Below, in pieces: positions 16,485 through 22,221 of a DNA stretch of 38,051 nucleotides. Position 1 is the stretch's first letter. Each line of letters opens with the position of its first letter. The DNA comes from Chloroflexi bacterium RBG_16_68_14. GTDB taxonomy: Bacteria; Chloroflexota; Dehalococcoidia; DSTF01; RBG-16-68-14. The position numbers and the translations under genes were made by a program. The notes under the pieces are model-generated. The model made no database searches. It was given only the letters and a program-made list of their open reading frames with translations, and was not told the DNA's origin. The DNA lies in the NCBI GenBank assembly GCA_001796995.1, contig MGOB01000041.1, forward strand, positions 17,588 to 55,638, read 5' to 3'.

Positions 16485-17708
16485 TTAGATGGCAAGAATG
16501 TGGACGCAGGTGGCGGCCGCCTCGCCGCGCACCATGCCGCCGCCGTTCTCCGTCATGCCGACCTTCGCCCCTTGCACCTGCCGGTCGCCGGCCTCGCCGC
16601 GCAGCTGGGTCCAGATCTCGTAGATCTGCGCCACCCCCGTCGCGCCGATGGGGTGGCCCTTGGCCAGCAGCCCGCCGCTGGTGTTCACCGGCAGCCGGCC
16701 GCCCAGCCCGGTGACCCCTTCATCGATGAGCCGGCCGCCCTCGCCCTCGCCGCAGAGGCCCAGCTCCTCGTAGAGCATCAGCTCGGCCGGGGCGGTCGCG
16801 TCGTGCAACTCGAGGACGTTTACGTCCCGGGGGGTCAGGCCCGCCATCTCGAAGGCGCGCTGGGCGGCGCGGGCGCTCTCGCCCATGCCGTCCTCCGCCT
16901 GGGTGTCCGACCCGGTGACGAGGGAGGAGCCGCGCACCCACACCGGCTTGGTGGTGAACTGGCGCGCCTTCTCCTCGCTGACCAGGATGGCCGCCGCGGC
17001 GCCGTCGCCGATGGGGGAGCACATGAGACGGGTGAGCGGCTCCGAGATCAGGGGCGAGGCCAGGATCTCCTCCAGCGAGTAGACCTCTCGATACTGGGCG
17101 TGGGGGTTGAGGCTGCCGTGGTAGTGGTTCTTCACCGCGATGCGGGCGAACTGCTCCTTGGTGGTGCCGTAGCGCGCCATGTGGGCCCGCGCGCCCGCGG
17201 CGTAGAGGTCCATGAACAGGCTGCGGGACTTGCCGGCCCCGCTCTCCGCGCCCGCCTTCTCCTCCGAGGGCGGCTTCAGCCGCTGGGTGAGCTCCTTGAG
17301 CTGCTCCACGTCGACGGCGGAGCCGAAGGCCGCCATCGTCCGGCCCTTGTCCTCCGAGTACATCTTCTCCACCCCCAGGGCGAGGGCGACGTCGTACATG
17401 CCGGAGGCAACGTAGAGCCAGGCGACCTGGAAGGCGGTAGACGAGCTGGCGCAGGCGTTCTCGGTGTTAATGATGGGGATCTTGTCGATCCCCATCTCCC
17501 GCAGCATCACTTGGCCGCGAACGCACTCCTGGCCGGTGAGGAGCCCGGCGGCCGCGTTGCCAACGACGGCCACCTGGAGCGCCTTTTTGTCCGTGCCGGC
17601 CGACTGCAGCGCCTCGGTGACGGCCTCGTTGGCCAGCCACTTCAGCCCGCGGTCCTGGTACTTGGCGAAGCGGGTCATGCCCGCGCCTACGATAGCGACG
17701 CTTCTCAT
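16485..17708 (-). CDS. Thiolase (SCP-x / lipid-transfer-type acetyl-CoA C-acyltransferase family)
   Basis: 407 aa. VAIVGAGMTRFAK, active-site context NTENACASSSTAF, and C-terminal GHPIGATG ... NGGG. Confidence 0.9.
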   Translation of the reverse strand: MRSVAIVGAGMTRFAKYQDRGLKWLANEAVTEALQSAGTDKKALQVAVVGNAAAGLLTGQECVRGQVMLREMGIDKIPIINTENACASSSTAFQVAWLYVASGMYDVALALGVEKMYSEDKGRTMAAFGSAVDVEQLKELTQRLKPPSEEKAGAESGAGKSRSLFMDLYAAGARAHMARYGTTKEQFARIAVKNHYHGSLNPHAQYREVYSLEEILASPLISEPLTRLMCSPIGDGAAAAILVSEEKARQFTTKPVWVRGSSLVTGSDTQAEDGMGESARAAQRAFEMAGLTPRDVNVLELHDATAPAELMLYEELGLCGEGEGGRLIDEGVTGLGGRLPVNTSGGLLAKGHPIGATGVAQIYEIWTQLRGEAGDRQVQGAKVGMTENGGGMVRGEAAATCVHILAI

Positions 17709-17752
17709 GTTCGTGTCCTTTCCACGCTAGGTCTCCGGGTGTTGGCCGCACC

Positions 17753-17790
17753 ATTATAGATCACGTATAGATCACGCGCGCAATAGATGA
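17753..17790 (-). promoter_or_regulatory. Promoter-like region of the thiolase operon: TATAAT -10 within TGATCTATAAT, plus phased TATAGATCA repeats
   Basis: The plus strand has TATAGATCA at 17755-17763 and 17766-17774 (11-bp period), and a degenerate AATAGATGA at 17782-17790. The 11-mer ATTATAGATCA (17753-17763) is identical to 5447-5457. Confidence 0.5.
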
Positions 17791-17873
17791 CGAGCGCGTG
17801 CTCGCTCAGACCTGGCTTGGACACTACGGTCGACGCTCAGACCCTTCCCAGTGCCGAACCGCTCGTTTCCTGC

Positions 17874-17971
17874 GGGCCATACGGCCCAACTGCTAGCCCA
17901 GGCGGGAGGGCCGTGCGGCTCTTCCTGCCTCGATGGGCCATTTGGCCCCCCATCCATGGGCCATTCGGCCC
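17874..17971. promoter_or_regulatory. Three perfect-arm palindromic boxes in the thiolase / Mo-operon divergent region
   Basis: GGGCCATACGGCCC (17874-17887), GGGCCATTTGGCCC (17935-17948), GGGCCATTCGGCCC (17958-17971). The last two are both preceded by ATG and are centred 23 bp apart. Confidence 0.55.
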
Positions 17972-17984
17972 TATCATCGCCAAC

Positions 17985-17998
17985 TTAGCAATCGCTAA
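17985..17998. promoter_or_regulatory. AT-rich 5-N4-5 palindrome TTAGC-AATC-GCTAA, 26 bp upstream of the operon's first ATG
   Basis: Read directly from the sequence. Same 5-4-5 geometry as the GC-rich boxes. Could be an operator or part of the promoter. Confidence 0.3.
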
Positions 17999-18023
17999 AT
18001 TAAGCGCACACAGGAGGTGGGGT

Positions 18024-19610
18024 ATGCCCGACGCTACCTTCGACGCGATCATCATCGGCGCAGGCCACAACGGGATGGCCCTGGGCACCTACCTGGCCAA
18101 ATGCGGCTGGGAGGTGGCGATCTTCGAGAAGCGGACCGAGGAGGGCGGCGGCCTTTGCACGGAGGAGCTGACCCGGCCCGGCTTTCTCCACAACGTCCAC
18201 TGCAACTACCACACGCTGGTGGGCGTCTGCCCGGTGTACGACGACCTGGACCTCTATAGCCACGGCCTGGAGTACATCCACCCGCCGGTGCAGATGGGCA
18301 GCGTCTTCCCGGACGGCACCGCTCTCACTGTGCACGCCGACATCGATAAGACGTGCGCCTCCTTCGCCCGCTTCTCCGAGAAGGACGCGGAGACCTTCCG
18401 GCGGCTGCACGACGAGGTGAAGGGCTACCTGGACCTCATCCTGCGCACGCTGATGTACTCGCCTCCTATTCCGTTGCTGGACATCACCAAGGCGCTGGTG
18501 GTCTGGAAGGTGGCGGAGAAGTCGGAGTTTCTCAGCGTCCACTTGCGCAACATGACCATCACCCAGTTCCTGGACGAGCATTTCGAGAACGACAAGATCA
18601 AGGCCCAGCTCGCCTTCCAGGCCGCCATCTCCGGCTATTCTACGGACCGTAAGGGGCTGGGCGTCTCCTTCCCCCTCCTGGTGGGCAAGATGGACAACTG
18701 GCACGTCTGCGTCGGCGGCTCCCACCAGCTCGCCCACGCTCTGTGGGAAGCCTTCGCCCACGCCGGCGGAAGCGTCTTCCTCAACACGCCCGTGGCCGGC
18801 ATCCTCACCGAGAACGGAAAGGCCACCGGCGTCCGGCTCTACGACGGGAGCGAGGTGCGGGCGCGCCACGTCGTCGCCAGTACCATCGACCTGGAGCAGA
18901 CCTTCCTGAAGATGCTCCCCCGGGAGCGGCTGGCGAGCGAGCTGGTCCAGCAGGTGGAGCAGTACCCGCACATGGACTGGTCCTACTACAGCGTGCACCT
19001 GGCCCTGCGGGAGCCGCCCCAGTACCGGGCCGCCGAGTTCGACCCGGACATCCAGCAGGCCTGGGTGCTGAACGTCGGCTACGCCAACCTGGACGATCTG
19101 AACCAAGAGTGGAAGACGGTTCGTGCGGGCAAGCTGCCTGACCCCAAGCCCAACTGCGCCGTGAACACCCTCTTCGACCCGTCGGACGCGCCCGACGGCT
19201 ACTACACCGGCCTCATGCGCCAGTTCGCGCCCATCGGCATCGGCAAGGGCGGCTTCGAGGCCTGGGATGAGATGGCCAACCCCTACGGCGAGCGCTGCAT
19301 CGACGCTTGGAACGAGTACGCCCCTAATATCAAGCAGGCCATCATCGAGTGGGTGCCCTACACGCCCCTGGACATCTCGCGGCGGCTGATCAACATGGTG
19401 CGGGGCGATTGGATGAGCGGTCTCATCGACCTGAACAACCTGCTGACGGAGCGGCCCTTCCCTGACCTGTCCCAGTACCGGACGCCCTTCCAGGGACTCT
19501 ACATGTCCGGGGCCACCCAGCACCCCCACGGCTTCATCACCTTCGCGCCGGCCTACAACGCCCTGCAGGCCATCGCGGAGGATCACAAGTTGGAGCGATG
19601 GTGGCAGTGA
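18024..19610 (+). CDS. FAD/NAD(P)-dependent oxidoreductase, phytoene-desaturase (CrtI/COG1233) type, paralog 1
   Basis: The track ORF starts at 17787. I place the start at ATG 18024, preceded by AGGAGGTGG, giving MPDATFDAIIIGAGHNGMALGTYLAKCGWEVAIFEKRTEEGGG (GxGxxG-x17-E dinucleotide fold). About 528 aa. C-terminal GLYMSGATQHPHG. Confidence 0.85.
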   Translation: MPDATFDAIIIGAGHNGMALGTYLAKCGWEVAIFEKRTEEGGGLCTEELTRPGFLHNVHCNYHTLVGVCPVYDDLDLYSHGLEYIHPPVQMGSVFPDGTALTVHADIDKTCASFARFSEKDAETFRRLHDEVKGYLDLILRTLMYSPPIPLLDITKALVVWKVAEKSEFLSVHLRNMTITQFLDEHFENDKIKAQLAFQAAISGYSTDRKGLGVSFPLLVGKMDNWHVCVGGSHQLAHALWEAFAHAGGSVFLNTPVAGILTENGKATGVRLYDGSEVRARHVVASTIDLEQTFLKMLPRERLASELVQQVEQYPHMDWSYYSVHLALREPPQYRAAEFDPDIQQAWVLNVGYANLDDLNQEWKTVRAGKLPDPKPNCAVNTLFDPSDAPDGYYTGLMRQFAPIGIGKGGFEAWDEMANPYGERCIDAWNEYAPNIKQAIIEWVPYTPLDISRRLINMVRGDWMSGLIDLNNLLTERPFPDLSQYRTPFQGLYMSGATQHPHGFITFAPAYNALQAIAEDHKLERWWQ

Positions 19611-20137
19611 CGAACACCTTCTCCGACAATGGAGCGCTCCCCGTCACCGTCGCCGCCGGCGACGAGGCGAGCGGCCTGGCGCGGATCATCGCCCAGTATC
19701 TGGAGCAGATCCTGGGCGACTCGCCGGAGAAGCGGGCCGAGGCCGCGGCGTTGCGCGGCCGCCTGGGCCTCCTCGCCCGCGAGGGCGATGTGGCCGTCAC
19801 GATCGTCTTCGAAGACGGCGGCATCGCCATCGAGGAGGGGCTCCAGGAGCCGGATGCCGTCGTGAGCGGCGAAGTCGAGTTCTTGATGCACCTCCTGGCC
19901 GGCCGGGCGAACCTCGCCTGGGAGGTGTGCGGGGGGACCGTGGCCTTCCGGCCCGACCTCCGGCGTCCACTGTTCGGCTATCAGGCGTACCGCTTGATGC
20001 GCCTGCCGGGCGTGCATCTGTGGAGCGGACTGCCGCGCCCGCCAGCGCGCGCGGTGGTGGTGACGGCGGTCGTCGTTGGTGCCGTGCTGCTGGCGTGGCG
20101 CGCCCGTAGCCGGAGTACGGGAGGTGCACATGGCTGA
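19598..20137 (+). CDS. SCP2 (sterol-carrier-protein-2)-like domain protein with a C-terminal hydrophobic anchor
   Basis: 179 aa. GDVAVTIVFEDGGIAIEEG...DAVVSGEVEFLMHLLAGRANLAWEVCGGTVAFRPD matches the SCP2 pattern. C-terminal ARAVVVTAVVVGAVLLAW is a predicted TM segment. Overlaps both flanking genes. Confidence 0.6.
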   Translation: MVAVTNTFSDNGALPVTVAAGDEASGLARIIAQYLEQILGDSPEKRAEAAALRGRLGLLAREGDVAVTIVFEDGGIAIEEGLQEPDAVVSGEVEFLMHLLAGRANLAWEVCGGTVAFRPDLRRPLFGYQAYRLMRLPGVHLWSGLPRPPARAVVVTAVVVGAVLLAWRARSRSTGGAHG

Positions 20138-21746
20138 GGCGACCTTCGATGCGGTGATCATCGGTGCGGGCCACAACGGGCTCACGCTGGGAGCGTACCT
20201 GGCGAAGGCAGGTCTCTCCGTCGGCATCTTTGAGGGCCGGCACGAGGACGGCGGCGGCGCCAACACGGAGGAGGCCACCGTCCCCGGCTTCCACCACAAC
20301 CTCCATGCCCAGTACATGGAGTTCATCGACTACATGCCCATCTACCACGACTTCCGGTTGGAGAAGATGGGCGCCCGCATGATCTACCCGGACGTGCAAC
20401 TGGGCATCACCTTCGCCGACGGCCGGCCGCCCATCATCATCTATCGGCCCGATCCCGAACTGGAGAAGAAGACGCACCAGAGCATCGCCCAGTACTCCAA
20501 GCACGACGCCGACACCTGGTGCGATCTGAAGCGCAAGGTGATGGAGCGGGACCGGGTGATGGCTGGCTTCCTGTACAGGGCTCCGGAGGCCGAGGACGAT
20601 GAGCAGGGCGCAATGGCAACCATGGGCGGCGTCATGGGCCTTGCCGCCGAACTGGGCCTCACGATGACCGACTTCGGCAAGGCGCCCAAAGTGATCATCG
20701 ACCGGCTCTTCGAGTCCACTGAGCTGAGGGCGCTGCTCTACCGTCAGTGTGTCGAGTGGGGGAGCAACGTGCACGCCGGCAACGGCTTTGGCTTCGTCCT
20801 CTCTGTCCTCTGGTTGAGTGCCATCCACAAAATGTCGGTCGGTGGCACCCACACCCTGGCTCACGCCATGGCCAACGCCTGCCTGAAGCAGGGGGCCTGT
20901 ATCCGCTACGGCAAGCCGGTGGTGAAGATCCTGCTGAAGGACGGCCGCGCGACCGGCATCCAGCTCAAGGACGGGACGGAGATCGAGGCCAAGCTGCTCG
21001 TCGCCTCCAACGTCGACCCCAGGCAGACCTTCATCAACTTCATCGGCGAGGAGAACTTGGAAGCGTTCCGGCGCGAGCGGCTGGCCAACTGGCGCTTCGG
21101 GCCTGAGCACGTCCTGGGCACACCCTCCTTTGCCCTCCACCAAGCCCCGGCCTACAAGTCGGCCCGTCATAACCCGGACATCGACCGCTGCTTCTACACG
21201 GTCGTCGGCTTCGAGACGGCGGAACAGATGTCGGAGTACATCATCCAGGCCTACGGCGGCGCCATTCCGGACCGGCCGGGCGCAGGCACCTGGGTCAACT
21301 CCCTCTGGGACCCCACCCAGGCGCCGCCCGGCAAGCACGCCATGAACGGCTGGTTCTTCTTCCCCAAAGCCTCGTGCCTGACGCCGGAGGAATGGGACGA
21401 CGTACGCGCCACCTACAACGACCGATTCCTCAAGCTGTGGGCCGAGTACGCCCCCAACATGACCCGCGAGAACGTCATCGCCGACCGGCTCTATACGGCC
21501 TTCGATATCGAGAAGAAGATCGGCATGCCGGAGGGCGACTTCTCCCACGGACGCCCCGGAGGCGGCACAGGCATGGTCGGCGCCAGGGGCTACCAGTACC
21601 GGACCGAGTTCCCCGGCCTATATCTGTGCGGTGCGTCGGCCGGCGGTGGGGGCATCAGCGCCGCGCCCGGCTACAACGCCTTCAAGGTGATCTGCCACGA
21701 CTACAAGCTGCCCAAGGTGTGGCAGCAGGAATGTCGGGACTACTAA
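20130..21746 (+). CDS. FAD/NAD(P)-dependent oxidoreductase, phytoene-desaturase (CrtI/COG1233) type, paralog 2
   Basis: Start placed at ATG 20130 (SD GGGAGGTG), giving MAEATFDAVIIGAGHNGLTLGAYLAKAGLSVGIFEGRHEDGGG. Colinear similarity to the 18024 gene throughout (for example PGFHHNLHAQY vs PGFLHNVHCNY, and GLYLCGASAGGGG vs GLYMSGATQHPHG). Confidence 0.85.
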   Translation: MAEATFDAVIIGAGHNGLTLGAYLAKAGLSVGIFEGRHEDGGGANTEEATVPGFHHNLHAQYMEFIDYMPIYHDFRLEKMGARMIYPDVQLGITFADGRPPIIIYRPDPELEKKTHQSIAQYSKHDADTWCDLKRKVMERDRVMAGFLYRAPEAEDDEQGAMATMGGVMGLAAELGLTMTDFGKAPKVIIDRLFESTELRALLYRQCVEWGSNVHAGNGFGFVLSVLWLSAIHKMSVGGTHTLAHAMANACLKQGACIRYGKPVVKILLKDGRATGIQLKDGTEIEAKLLVASNVDPRQTFINFIGEENLEAFRRERLANWRFGPEHVLGTPSFALHQAPAYKSARHNPDIDRCFYTVVGFETAEQMSEYIIQAYGGAIPDRPGAGTWVNSLWDPTQAPPGKHAMNGWFFFPKASCLTPEEWDDVRATYNDRFLKLWAEYAPNMTRENVIADRLYTAFDIEKKIGMPEGDFSHGRPGGGTGMVGARGYQYRTEFPGLYLCGASAGGGGISAAPGYNAFKVICHDYKLPKVWQQECRDY

Positions 21747-21759
21747 CAGGGAGTGGGAC

Positions 21760-22221
21760 ATGCCGGCTATCTATACACGTCCGTGGTACGACAACATGAA
21801 GGAGATCCTCAACCGCAGCGATGAGGTGACCAAGAACGCGCCCCGCGGGGTGTGGCACGTGCTGGCCGAGATCCGGGGCGACGGTGTCTCGCCCTACATG
21901 GCGGCTGATGAGGTGAAGCGCTTCGCTATCGTCCTCAATGACGGCAAGTGCGATAGCTACGAGGAGCTGACGGAGGCGCCGCCTCGCAAGGACTTCGAGT
22001 TCATCCTGGAGCTGCCCGCCGCCCTCTTCGAGCAGATCGTGGCCAATCAGACGGACCCGGTGGAGTCCGGCCTCAAGGGCGCCATCAAGATTATCGGCGA
22101 CATGCGGGTGATGATCCAGAATGCGGAGCTGGTGAATGTCCTCTCGGACATCTACCAGCGCGAGGTGGAGACGGAGTGGCCCAAGGGGATGCCCCCCTAC
22201 TCGACAGGAGGTGCGCGATGA
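21760..22221 (+). CDS. SCP2-like small protein
   Basis: 153 aa. DFEFILELPAALFEQIVANQTDPVESGLKGAIKIIGDMRVMIQNAELV fits the C-terminal SCP2 pattern (G-x-hydrophobic-K-hydrophobic-x-G-D). No signal peptide or TM segment. Confidence 0.55.
   Translation: MPAIYTRPWYDNMKEILNRSDEVTKNAPRGVWHVLAEIRGDGVSPYMAADEVKRFAIVLNDGKCDSYEELTEAPPRKDFEFILELPAALFEQIVANQTDPVESGLKGAIKIIGDMRVMIQNAELVNVLSDIYQREVETEWPKGMPPYSTGGAR

Noticed and set aside
22176-22217. A possible Tat-like motif (DRRCAMTEAGLMLSALG) if alpha1 started at GTG 22176.
   Set aside because: The two Arg are encoded by AGGAGG, which sits 6 nt before ATG 22218 and is better read as its Shine-Dalgarno sequence. The extension would overlap the SCP2-like gene by 46 nt. 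The candidate h-region contains a Glu. There is no F-L-K after the RR.
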